Both the position numbers and the translations under genes were made by a program. This document shows, in pieces, positions 37,410-49,516 of a stretch of DNA of 64,000 nt. Every line of letters begins with the position of its first letter. Position 1 is the stretch's first letter. Source of the stretch: Octopus vulgaris (taxonomy: Eukaryota); assembly GCA_951406725.2 (NCBI GenBank), contig OX597816.1:20460001-20524000 (forward strand), read 5' to 3'. Under the pieces are notes generated by a model. It saw nothing but the letters and a program-made list of their open reading frames with translations. It did not search any database and had not been told where the DNA came from.

Positions 37410-38091
37410 AGCAACACCATCATCATATAACAACATTACCATATCGTAACAACACCATATAACCATTATCAGCATCATATAGCAACATTTTGTAACAACT
37501 CCAACAACATGAACAACATATAACAACATCATATTACAAAATGAGTATTGTACAACATATAACAACAATACCATCTTATTCTAAAACAAGTATGTATAAC
37601 AACTCTCAGCATTATATAACAACAGCAACAATACATAACAACACCATATTGCAAAATGAACCATCATACAAAAACATCATCATCATATTTTAATACCACA
37701 CATTTGCTATTAGCATCACATAACAACACAATATTGTAACATTACGTAACATCATTATTACATCATCAACAATATATACAAACAATAACATCATCAATTC
37801 ACCGACATCATAGAATAACACAAACGTCGTATAGCGACATCATATAACAACATAATATCATACAGCAATATCACCGTCATACAGCAACACGGATATCATA
37901 TTACTACACCATGTAACAGTATCAACATGATATAGCAACACCATATAGTCCCTACCATCACCACCATCACCACCACTACCACCAACACCACCACCAACAA
38001 CAACACCACCAACACCAACAACAACAACAACACCACCAACACCAACACTACCACCACCACTACCACCACCACTACCAACACCACCACCACC

Positions 38092-38123
<32 letters not shown>

Positions 38124-39295
38124 CAATACCACACCACCACTACTACTTCTACTACTACCACCACCACCACTACTACTACTACCACCACCACTACCACCAC
38201 TACTACCACCACCACCACTACCACCACCACCACCATCACCACTACCACCACCATCACCCCCACTACTACTACCACCACCACCACCACCACCGCCGCCACC
38301 ACATCATATAACAAAAATTATGACAGATCTGATATTACTTGCTCCACTGGAATTCTACACCACTACTACAGCTGCTGCTACTGCTGCTGCTGCTGCTGCT
38401 GTTTCTGTTGTTGTTGTTCTTGTTGCTGTTACTAGTGTTGCTGCTGCATCTGCTGCTGCTGCTACTGTTGCTGCTGGTGTCACTGTTGATATTGCAACTG
38501 CTAATACAGTGTTGGAATGGATAATTAGGCTGGAAGGAAAAATGCAATTTTACTGAAATGGAATCAAAGAGAAAATTGAGTGGTTGGATGATGGGGGTGG
38601 AGTGGGGTGGGAGTGGGAGTGGAGGGAAGAGAAGCAAAACGGTGGTGGGGATGATGAGGGGAGGGGAGGGGGAGGTCGAGGGTGGAAGGTAGAGGTAGTA
38701 GTAAATTGGGGGAGAAGGAATCAAAACGAACTAGGGTGTGAGAAGCGGGGTGGGTGCAGTGTGAAAGGTAATATAGACAGAAATAAGATGGGTGGAGGAG
38801 AAAGTAATGGGAGAGATAGAGAAAGAGAAAGAGAGAGAGGGAGAGAGAGAGAAGGAGGCTCAGAGAGAGGGGGAGACAGAGAGAGGGAGGGAGGGATGAA
38901 GAGGGATGGAGAAAGAGACAGGAAGAGAGAGTAGAGGGGATGAAATGGGTAGATTGAAGTGAGTTTGAGAATACTAAGGTATGACCAAGGAGTATTAGAA
39001 GGAGAGATGGGGAAAATATGATAGAAAGAAGGAAAGAGAAAGAGAGAGAGAGAGGGGAAGAGAGAAAAAGAAAGTCAGTGTGGGAGAGAGAGAAAGAAAG
39101 AGAGAGTGAGGGGGAGAGGGAGAGAGAAAGAGAGAGAGAGAAAGAAAGTCAGTGAGGGAGAGGGAGAGAAAGAGAGAGAGGGAGAGAGAGAAAGAGAAAG
39201 AGAGAGAAAGAGAGAGAAAAAGAGAAGAGAAAGAAAGTCAGTGAGGGAGAGAGAGAGAGAGAAAGAGGGAGAAAGAGAGAGAGAGAAAGAGAGAA

Positions 39296-39328
<33 letters not shown>

Positions 39329-39880
39329 AAGAGAGAGAGTGAGAGTGAAAGAGAAAGAGAAAGAGAAAGAGAGTGAAGAGAGAGAGAGAGAGAGAGAGAG
39401 AGAGTAATAGTGATGGCAAAAAGGATAGATTAAAATAAGTTTGGGAATAGAGAGAAGTAATCATGAAGAGGTATAAGAACAGATGAAGAGAGGAAAGAGA
39501 GAGAGAGAGGAGAAATGTGATAGAAACAAAGAAAGAAAGAGAGAGAGAGAGGGGATGAGGGAGGAAGAAGATTTTGGGAAAAAGAACGAAGAGAAAGAGG
39601 TCTGAAGTTAAGAGATGTGTTCAGGAGAGATGAAAGACCTCAGAGAAAAAGTATTGATTAGTATGGATTTCATAGTTGAATAAGGGGTTTGTGAGAAAAT
39701 TGGAGAGAAAAAACATATTATGACCAAAGAAAATGAAAGATGAGAAGAGAAAGAAAGTAGAGAAAAAGTGGAGAGAAAGAGAGAGAGAGAGAGGGAGAGG
39801 GGGAGAGAGAAATAAAATAGCAATGGAAGAGAAATAAAGATGGGAGAATAAGAATGATAAGAAAGATCAGAGAAAATGGT
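37410..39880. repeat. low-complexity block: degenerate CAACATCATATA-like repeats, (ACC/ACT)n, (GCT)n and a long purine (GA) tract
   Basis: Base composition seen directly. Confidence 0.9.
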
Positions 39881-40127
39881 CTTAGAACAAGCGATTCTCA
39901 GCCTTTCTCCTGACATATGCTCCCTTGGTTTAATGTTTCTTGCCATTTATTTCCCTTATTCACATGCAAATGCAAACATGCCCACACATACACAGGAATA
40001 CATATGCTTGTATGTATTATGTATGTATGTGTCTAATATATATATAAAACATCGTATATAGTTGTATAATAATTATATATATATATATATATATATGCAT
40101 ACATATATACATATATATATATATAAA

Positions 40128-40197
<70 letters not shown>

Positions 40198-40233
40198 TGT
40201 ATGTATATATATGAATATATGTATATATATTGT

Positions 40234-40553
40234 AAAGGTACATGGCTCAGTGGTTAGAGCGTCGAGCTTACGATCGTGAGATTGTGAGTTCGAATCCCGG
40301 ACCGAGCTGCATGTTGTGTTCTTGAGCAAGACACTTTATTTCACATTGCTCCAATTCACTCAGCTGTAGAAATGAGTTGCGACGTTACAGGTGCCAAGCT
40401 GTATCGGCTCCTTTGCCTTTCCCTTGGATAACACTGGTGGCATTGAGAGGGGAGGCCGGTATGCATGGGCGACTGCTGGTCTTCCATATACAAACTTGCC
40501 TAGACTTGTACCTGTGAGGGTAACTTTCTAGGTTCAATCCCATAGTCAGTCAT
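40234..40553 (+). mobile_element. tRNA-derived SINE (family D); second copy at 63340-63612
   Basis: A box TGGCTCAGTGG, B box GTTCGAATCC, CORE/MESC-like GTGTTCTTGAGCAAGACACTT. Confidence 0.8.
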
Positions 40554-40654
40554 AATTTGTCATGCTTTCTTTATATTCTCTCTGCTGTAATGTAACACAC
40601 ACACACACACATATATTGGATCATCCTATACATACACGCACACACACATACATA

Positions 40655-41911
40655 TTGGATCATCCTATAAATAATGCAGTTTTTCAATTGCATGAACTAA
40701 AACTTGGGAGGGGACGGGATAAACTACCTGCATCAACTCGTTATCAAAGCAGGTAGTAATTTTACACTTTTTCTTAGTGCATGTTTTGAAATGGGGGCAG
40801 TTCAATTTGAACTGTCATTTTCCCAAAGCTATAATGGAAGGTGACAAAGGAGCATATTCAGCATATTTTGCTTTATGATTTCAATAATGGAAACAATGCA
40901 ATGGAAAGTGTGAGGAATATTAATGCAGTATATGGGGATCGGACAATAAGCATAAGCCAGTGTCAATGGTGATTCCAGAAATTCTGAGCTTTGAACAGCC
41001 TAGAAAATGAGGCTTGCACCTGGAAGATCTGTAGAGCTCAACAATCAACAAGGACATCCTGCAAACCCGGGTGGAACAAAACCCCATCACAAATGTTGAG
41101 GAACTAGCAGAGAAGCTTGGATTTCATCATTCAACCATTCATCAACACTTGTGTGTCATCAGAAAAGTCAGCAAATTGAGTCAATGGGTTCCTCACAAAT
41201 GTTCCGAGTCTAATCGCGCGCAGAGAGTAAATGTGTGCTCTTCTTTGCTATCATGTCTCACAAATTAACCATTTTTTGAGTGAATGGTGACTGGTAACAA
41301 GAAATGGCTTCCCTATAAAAATGTCAAGCACTGAAGGCAGTGGATAGGGAAAGGAGAAACACCGGTGCCCCAGGCAAAAGAAGATCTACACTCAAGTAAG
41401 GTGTTGTTATTTGTTTAGTGAGATATGAAAGGTTTAGTTCACTTTGAACTTTTAAACCCAAACTAAATGATAACAAAGGAACAGCTTGAGCAACTTAAAT
41501 CAGTACTGGAAAAAAACGACCATCTTTGGTCCATCAGGATAATGCTTGGCCTCATACAGCGAGGATGACATTTCAAAGGCTCGAACAGTTTGAATGGGAA
41601 ACGATGCCCCACCCACCATATTCATCGGATATTGCCCCATCTGTTTATCATTTATTCTGCAGTCTTCAAAATCATTTGGACAGAAAAAATATGAATTCTG
41701 TAGACGAGGTCAGAACAGTACTGGAGGAGTATTTTTTGTAACAGACAAGTGAATTTTGGAGGAGGGGGCCTTACAAGTCTACCAGATAGATGGAAGAGCA
41801 TTGAGGAAATTGAAGGAGAGTATATTTTAGATTAAAAAAGAAATCTGTTTATCTTAATTTTGAAAAATAAAAGAAGTTTAAAATAGATGCATTATTTATA
41901 GGATACCCTAA
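40655..41911 (+). mobile_element. full-length degenerate mariner (DD34D-type) transposon
   Basis: ~1.26 kb, TIRs TTGGATCATCCTATAAATAATGC / GCATTATTTATAGGATACCCTAA; motifs WVPH, HQDNAWPH, HPPYSSDIAPSVYHLF; multiple stops. Confidence 0.9.
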
Positions 41912-41933
41912 TTTATACATTTATAGGATACCC

Positions 41934-41992
<59 letters not shown>

Positions 41993-41995
<3 letters not shown>

Positions 41996-43101
41996 AGCAG
42001 AATTGCCCGGCGATGCTCGGGGCTGAATTGCTTGAAAGTACTGTTAATGATAGCACTGAATTATGATTATTCAGGCAAATATTGATATAAGCTTACGGTG
42101 GGAGATAAGGACTTAACGATCAAACGTGTGCCATTGCATTGTTTTGGGGGAACCAAATTTCTAATGAGCATTATAGGGGCACCAACTTTAAGTTTGAGAA
42201 TGTGTGGTGGTAGTCCGGGGGCTCAAAGGAATTGAGTACCTCTATTGGATAGTTGATGACGTCCTCTGGGTCAGGAGTTGTATCGATAGACTTATATACA
42301 TAGACATCCCCAGGAATGAGTTTTAGCATTTCATCATTAATATGGTGAACAGTTTTATTCCTCGGGGTCAGAATAGCCCTTTGGCCAATCCAATCCATAT
42401 TCTGATAATTAGCTTGTAGATCTGGGAACACTGCATCTCTGAGATCAGAAGGCGTTTTAACAATGGTATTAATGGAATCGATGGCAATATTACCATTTTC
42501 ATCCCCTGGTATTTTGCCTTCGCCAAGTGCAAGGAGAGTGTGAGAAAATGCTGCTGATATGATATTACGTCGCATATGAGCACGCATATTGGTGTGAAGT
42601 TTGAGAGTCTTCACCAGTGGCCACAATGTGGATGACTTAAGACACGCACTTACTGCATCAGTTCTAGTCCCTTTGGGAATAACGGGAAGTGTTTGTCGGA
42701 AGTCCCCTGAAAGAAGAAGTGTTATGCCTCCCATGGGAACTGAAGAGTGTTTGATGTCTCTGAGAGATCTATCTAGTGCCTCAAGAGCACCTCTGTGGGC
42801 CATCGTGCATTCATCCTAGGAGCGTCCAGGAAAAATATCCCCACAGTTTTGGCCCGGACTGAATTAACAACGGAGTTGTAAGCGAACTTCTGTCCTGGAA
42901 GGAGCTTTGGCTCATTGTCGGCTATGTACTCGGCAAGCTCGTCAACATTAAAACATGTCTCATGCAACAAATGTGAAGACAAAGTGTTTGTGCCTTCCCG
43001 GTTTGTTGAAGGTAGGCCATAGACCGGCAAGGTACTACCGCCCATATCAAGTACAGTATCTTCGAACGTAGTTTGTTACCAAACAGCCACACCTGCCCCT
43101 A

Positions 43102-43141
<40 letters not shown>

Positions 43142-44077
43142 TTATGCATGTATATATGTGTATATATATATTTGTGTACATATTACATGTACATCTATAT
43201 ATATACATCTACACATAAAATACAAAATAGAAAGTAATATCTTGATATCGCTAGTGATAACAATACTCAAAATATATAACAGACTGGAATTGTAGGCCCG
43301 TCTCTTGCAATTTCGATCAATTGGATCTTGTCCTCCCTCTTGTATAGAAGTGTACGGCTGCAGCGAAATTCATTTTTGGACTTTCTTCTATCGAAGGCAT
43401 TTTAACAAAAATGCTTCCGTAAAGACGGTGAAAATATTGTCAATTTCCCCAAACAGGGACACAATTCAATTTTAAAACAATAACCAAAGCCCCTTCTCCG
43501 AAAGGGGGAGGGTTACAATTATTTAACAAATGCAACACAACAACGTTTCCCTGACGAGGAACCAACAAACGTGATTACAATAGTCAAACAGTAATAATAA
43601 TAACAACAAACCTTTTTAATGTATCCCCATTTATGTGAAACCACTTATTCAAGTTCAAGTCATTGATGCAATTTTATACGAATTGCTAATACACACACAC
43701 ATAATAAGGGTGAAAAATTGAATATCAAAAAAAGGATGACCAGTATTAATTGCTCATCCCTTTTATATAAATACTTTCACTTTAATTGTTGCACACTTGC
43801 AAAGAGAAAGGAGGAGAAAGTGTAGTGGTAATGGTAGGAGTGAAGCACTTGAAATGAAAGAGGGAAATTGTAAAATATTGAGTTTTCTCGAATTTTTGCT
43901 TAATTGGGGGTGAAATTGAAAAAACTTTACATGCCATGACCCAATGGAATCTACTTGGAAAAATGATAGGTAAATTCCAATTGAAGAAATTCTATATTGT
44001 AGAATTGTATAAAAAACGAACGGTTTGGGAGGCAGAGAAAATCTGCCTTTTATAATAAGAGATAATAAGAGATAATA

Positions 44078-44080
<3 letters not shown>
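41993..44080. mobile_element. non-autonomous Helitron/Helentron with a helicase remnant and nested insertions
   Basis: End ACCAGCAG..GCCCGGCGATGCTCGGG shared with 49122; other end TTTTATAATAAGAGAT; internal PIF1 fragment. Confidence 0.7.
42171..43045 (-). pseudogene. Helitron PIF1-family helicase fragment
   Basis: DECTMAHRGALEALDRSLRD, GGITLLLSGDFRQTLPVIP, LHTNMR, RAILTPRN; Walker A deleted after FFLDAP. Confidence 0.9.
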
Positions 44081-44139
<59 letters not shown>

Positions 44140-44194
44140 AATATTAAATTTCTAAATGTCTCAAAGAGACATGAGCGGTGGTGGAGCGATAGAG

Positions 44195-44425
44195 TGGTTG
44201 TATACCGTCAAACTTAACGTGACAGTCCCATATGGGAATTACACCACCGCTGTTTAGCCCTAGGAAGCATCGAACGCTTCCTGTCGGCTTTGACACATTT
44301 TTTCCCGTAATGACACAGGAAAAACATGTGCCAAAGCCGACAGGAAGCGTTCGATGCTTCCTAGGGCTAAACAGCGGTGGTGTAATTCCCATATGGGACT
44401 GTCACGTTAAGTTGACGGTATACAA

Positions 44426-44428
<3 letters not shown>
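44195..44428. repeat. near-perfect fold-back (~108-bp arms) between (TA)n tracts
   Basis: The same peptide appears on both strands in the ORF track; arms ~44195-44302 and ~44320-44428. Confidence 0.95.
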
Positions 44429-44514
<86 letters not shown>

Positions 44515-45106
44515 AAGTTTGAAAACACCACTATATAAGATAAATTTTAATTTTACATGTTTCAGTTCTTCTTGAAAAAACGAAACTTATCAAAAATATT
44601 TTTAAAAATTAAGTGTAATAAAAAAGTTCATAATTGTTTCTTACTAATCTCAACAGAGTCCACGTGGTGGTGTTTTTTTTTGGGGGGGGGGCGGGGAGCA
44701 TAATAGCTGTCTTGTGCGTTGACTAGATTCCTTGGCTGTAATTGTGAAAATGACCAGAGGCCAAAATAGCAGTTGTAGCAGTGACTATTGGTCGTAGTAG
44801 TAGTGACCGTGGTGGTGTTGGTTGGAGTTGTAGCAGCAGTTCATTGGATGTAGTAGTAGAGCAGTTGATACCTGTTGGTCGTAGTAGTATTAGTAGTAGT
44901 AGTAGTATGAGGAGGAGGAGGAGGAGGAGGGTTTAAGTTGATTATATCAACCCCAGTACTCAACTAATACTTATTTTATCAGCCCCAAATGGATGAACTG
45001 TAAAGTTGATCTTGGCCGAATTTGAACTCAGAATATAACAACAGACAAAATGCTGCTAAGCTTAAAACTTTTAATGACAATAAAATATTAATATACAATC
45101 CCATAT

Positions 45107-45852
45107 ACTCTTTTACTTGTTTCAGTCTTTTGACTGTGGCCATGCTGGAGCACCGCCTTTAGTTGAGCAAATCGCCCCCAGGACTTGTTCCTTGTAAGCC
45201 TAGTACTTGTTCTATCCATCTCTTTTGCCGAACCACTAAGCGATGTTGGGGGGACAAACACAGACACTCAAACATATATACACATACATATATATATATC
45301 ATCATCATCATCATCATCATTTAGCGTCCGTTTTCCATGCTAGCATGGGTTGGATGGTTTAACTGGGGTCTGTGAAGCCGGAAGGCTTCATCAGGCCCAG
45401 TCAGATTTGGCAGTGTTTCTACGGCTGGATGCCCTTCCTAACGCCAACCACTCCGTGAGTGTAGTGGGTGCTTTTTACGTGCCACCTGCACAGGTGCCAG
45501 ACAGAGCTGGCAAACGGCCACGAACGGATGGTGTTTTTTCGTGCCACCGGCACGGGGGCCAGGCTAGGCTGGCAACGGACACGAACGGATGGTGCTTTTA
45601 CGTGCTACCGGCACGGGGGCCAGGCGAGGCTGGCAACGGACACGAACGGATGGTGCTTTTACGTGCTACCGGCACGGGGGCCAGGCGAAGACAGGCTTCT
45701 TTCAGTTTCCATCTACCAAATCCACTCATAAGGCTTTGGTCAGCTCGAAGCTATAGTAGAAGACATTTGCCCAAGGTGCCACGCAGTGGGACTGAACCCG
45801 GAACCATGTGGTTCGTAAGCAAGCTACTTATCACACAGCCACTCCTACGCCT
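45107..45852 (-). mobile_element. family B SINE with an RTE 3' UTR fragment (45300-45688) inserted in its microsatellite
   Basis: SINE halves flank a segment homologous to 50750-50950 followed by ~63-bp tandem repeats. Confidence 0.8.
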
Positions 45853-46521
45853 ATATGATGTGTTTACCAGCTGAAGATAAATTCATTCGTGGTTGAGATT
45901 CAAACTCTTAAAAGAAGATAGAGTAGCTGCTGTGTCTTTGCTCTTTAATCATATGTTAACCTTGCTCATTTGCATTCCAGCTGTGACATCTCATTTTCCC
46001 TTTTGCTTTTGCATATGCTTGTATGTGAAGCCAGATTCATATAACCCAACGTTTTTGTTTCACTTTCTCTTTCCCTTTTTCAGTTGTTACTGTACGATTT
46101 GAAGGAGATATAGTAGCTATTTCTAGCAGGTCAAAAACGAAAAGCCATGTGGTAGACCTCTTGAGAAAAATATGAAAGCGTAAGAGAGAAAACAGCAAAA
46201 GCTAATCGCCTGATGTTAGAAAGACTGAAAATTTCAGCAGATAAGGAAAAAATATAAAAAGGAAAAGAAAGCCGAACGTGGTGGAGAGAAAACCATAAAT
46301 GTGATTACACTAATTAGCAGATTTTATTCTCAATTTATATTATCATAACGAGCATGAAGGATGTAAAAATAGAAATGGAAAATAATAGTGACAGTGGCAT
46401 ATTGAATGTTATATTTCAATAAATCTTGTTTGGAAGCATGTCGTTTATGCATAGCTATATCTTTTATTACAATCAAAATGGAGAGAATGCCAGTGTGGAT
46501 GAAGAATCAATTGGTTAGAAT

Positions 46522-46951
46522 ACTCTTTCTCTTTTACTCTTTTACTTGTTTCAGTCATTTGACTGTGGCCATGCTGGAGCACCGCCTTTAGTCGAGCAAC
46601 TCGACCCCGGGACTTATTCTTTTTCTAAGCCCAGTACTTATTCTATCGGTCTCTTTTTGCCGAACCGCTAAGTGACGGGGACATAAACATAAACACACCA
46701 GCATCGGTTGTCAAGCAATGCTAGGGGGGTACAAACACAGACACACACACATACATACATGCACACATATATACATATACATATATGCGACGGGCTTCTT
46801 TCAGTTTCCGTCTACCAAATCCACTCACAAGGCTTCAGTCAGCCCGAGGCTATAGTAGAAGACACTTGCCCAAGGTGCCACGCAGTGGGACTGAACCCAG
46901 AATCATGTGGTTGGTAAGCAAGCTACTTACCACACAGCCACTCCTGCGCCT
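46522..46951 (-). mobile_element. CORE-type SINE (family B), full length; further copies at 52871-53320, 53645-54104, 56701-57000 and 58334-58785
   Basis: Head, core, microsatellite and tail all present. Confidence 0.9.
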
Positions 46952-47418
46952 CTAAATCATAGAGTTTATTTATTTATAAAGTCGGGAATTTTAATTTCTA
47001 CTGAATAGAAGCTGAATCTGTGATCCGTTTCTGTATAATATATTTTCTTTTTTCTTTTACTTGTTTCAGTCATTGAACTGCGACCAAGCTGGAGCACCAC
47101 CTTGAAGGGATTCAGTTGAGCAGATCAAGCTCGGTGCTTATTTTAAGGTCTGATTCTTGTTCTGTTGGTCTATTTTTCTAAACTGCTAAGTCATGAGGAT
47201 GTAAACAAACCAGCGCTGGTTTTCAAGCAGGTGGAACAAACACAGACACAAACACACATGCAGAAGTGCACATACCCAAGGGTGTGGTTGTATGTTAACA
47301 AGTTTGCTTCTCAACTACATGGTTCTAGGTTCAATCCCACAGCACGGTTATTGCCCCAAGCTGACCAAATCTTTGTGAGTTGACCAGGTAGATGGAAACT
47401 GAAAGAAGCCCATCATTT

Positions 47419-47471
<53 letters not shown>

Positions 47472-47475
47472 TATA

Positions 47476-47720
47476 AGGAGAATTCACAAAAAAAACAAAA
47501 GACGAAGACAGGTGGTGTAGACAACAAAAAGATGTATTAGTTTAATGCTCAGGAAGTGAAAAAATCTTTAACGGTTCGAGCCTATGCTCTTCCACAGAAA
47601 GGAACACAGAAAGAAACAAGGAGAGAAAACAAAAAATGTGTAGTGGCTAGTAATCTATCATGGTGAATGCTGGACAGAAGGGTCACACAGGAGAGCTAGG
47701 GAGAAGGGGAGATAATAAAG
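47476..47720 (-). mobile_element. family H hammerhead-variant element nested in a SINE microsatellite
   Basis: Minus strand CTTT-CTGTGGA-A-GAGC ATAG GCTC-GAAC-CGTT-AAAG (47566-47601). Confidence 0.65.
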
Positions 47721-48397
47721 TAGTAGGGAAGATAGATAGATAGAGAGAGAGATAGAGAGAGAGATAGATAGATACTGGCACTTTGTCGCTTATGATGGTG
47801 AGGGTTCAAGTTGATCTGATCAATAGAATAGCTTGCTCATAAGATTAACATGCAAGTGGCCGTATGTATATGTTTGTGTGTCTGTGTTCATCCAGCACCA
47901 CCCATCACCACCCATCACCACCCATCACCACCCATGCTAACGTTTGACAACCAATGTTGGTGTGTTTACTTCCCCGTAACGTAGCAGTTCATCAGAAGAG
48001 ACCGAAAGAATAAGTACAGGGCTTACAAAGAATAAGTCCTGGGGTCGATTCGTTCAACTAAACGTGGTACTCCAGCATGGCCACAGTCAAATGACTGAAA
48101 CAAATAAAGAGGTAAAAGCATTATACTCATTCAGAACTCCTTATATGAGGGCAATTTACCCCTGGCAATAAAAATGTTCCCCATCTCCATCATTGCCTGC
48201 AGGTTAAAGCATTTATTCAGTTGCTATTGTAGATTGAGCAAGCATGGAGAAGCTGCTAACTGCCTCATGTATGTCTTTACAGGTGTTTGTTTCCTCTGGC
48301 TTTTCAGAATTTTTTGCCATCATTTAATTTTGAAACCACCTCCAAACAAAAACTTTAACAACACTTATGAAAAAATGCTTAACTTTTCAACATTTAA

Positions 48398-48614
48398 CCC
48401 TTTCAATACGAACCCAGCTGAAACCACCTCTGGCTGTGTGGTGCAAATGTCTTGTTTTCATAAGTTTTGAATTAAAATCTTCCACCAAACCTTAATCACT
48501 ATTTATGTTCCTAACACTAGCTGAATGATAACTAAGTTATTTTACTAAATTCTTTTTTATATTTAAAATTAATTTAAAGAAACACATCTCAAAATAAATA
48601 CAGTAACATAAGGG
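48398..48614. mobile_element. piggyBac-type MITE
   Basis: TTAA-CCCTT...AAGGG-TTAA. Confidence 0.85.
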
Positions 48615-48643
48615 TTAATATATAATAGAGAAAAAATTCTTAA

Positions 48644-48864
48644 CCCTTTCGATACCAACCCAGCTGAAACTACCTCTGGCTCTGAGTATAAATGTCTTGT
48701 TTACATAAGTTTTCAATTAAAATCTTCCACTAAACCTTAGTCACAATTTATGTTCCTAACACTAGCTGAATGATAACTAAGTTATTTTACTAAATTCTTT
48801 GTTATATTTAAAATTAATTGAAAGAAGCACAGAGCATCTCAACAGAAATATGGTAACAAAAGGG
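48644..48864. mobile_element. piggyBac-type MITE (second copy, same family)
   Basis: TTAA-CCCTTT...AAAGGG-TTAA. Confidence 0.85.
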
Positions 48865-49121
48865 TTAAACTGGCCATATCTGGCCCAAATATTCTACCTG
48901 TCTTGTGTTAAAACTGACCAGAACCAACCTCTCATACTGACCCTTTAGGGTCATTCTAAAAGTAAACAGTCACATAATGGAAATCTCAAATACATGATTG
49001 ATTCAAAACAAGGTGAATAAAGGAACATTTCATTTGATAGAAGGAGCTGAATGCTAATGTATTAAAGTTTCCTGATCAAAAGTGTAATTAACAATATACT
49101 GCATCCCTATGAATATATAAA

Positions 49122-49516
49122 ACTAGCAGTATCGCCCGGCATTGCTCGGGTTTGTTTCGACCCTTTATAATTGAAATTTTTGAAAAGTAAAAATTTTGCA
49201 TTTTGTAGCTTTTTATTGTCTTTAAATGAACATTTTTCTGGTTGAAATACACTGAAAAATGGTGACACAGCAGTCAAAAAATCATAAAAAATAGGGATTT
49301 TCATAGCAAAAAAAGCACCTTTTTGATGTAAATAATTTTTGGTTTTAACATGGTCCGATTTGAATTTTTTCTTCTGTGGAAGGAAGAGCAACCCTTCTTC
49401 TATTATAGTCTCAATTTTGGTCAACTTGCGCCGCAGGATCTTGGAGGAGATAGTGTTAATTGAAGGCTACCAAACCTGCCATAAACAGACAACTTCAGCT
49501 TTATATATAGAGAGAT
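49122..49516. mobile_element. short non-autonomous Helentron/DINE-like element
   Basis: ACTAGCAGTATCGCCCGGCATTGCTCGGG at one end, TTTATATATAGAGAGAT at the other. Confidence 0.65.

Noticed and set aside
40234-40310. tRNA gene candidate
   Set aside because: The acceptor stem does not close and it continues into a repeated SINE body; the same applies to the other tRNA-like heads
43552-43575. CTGACGA inside the Helitron
   Set aside because: No stem II-GAAA follows
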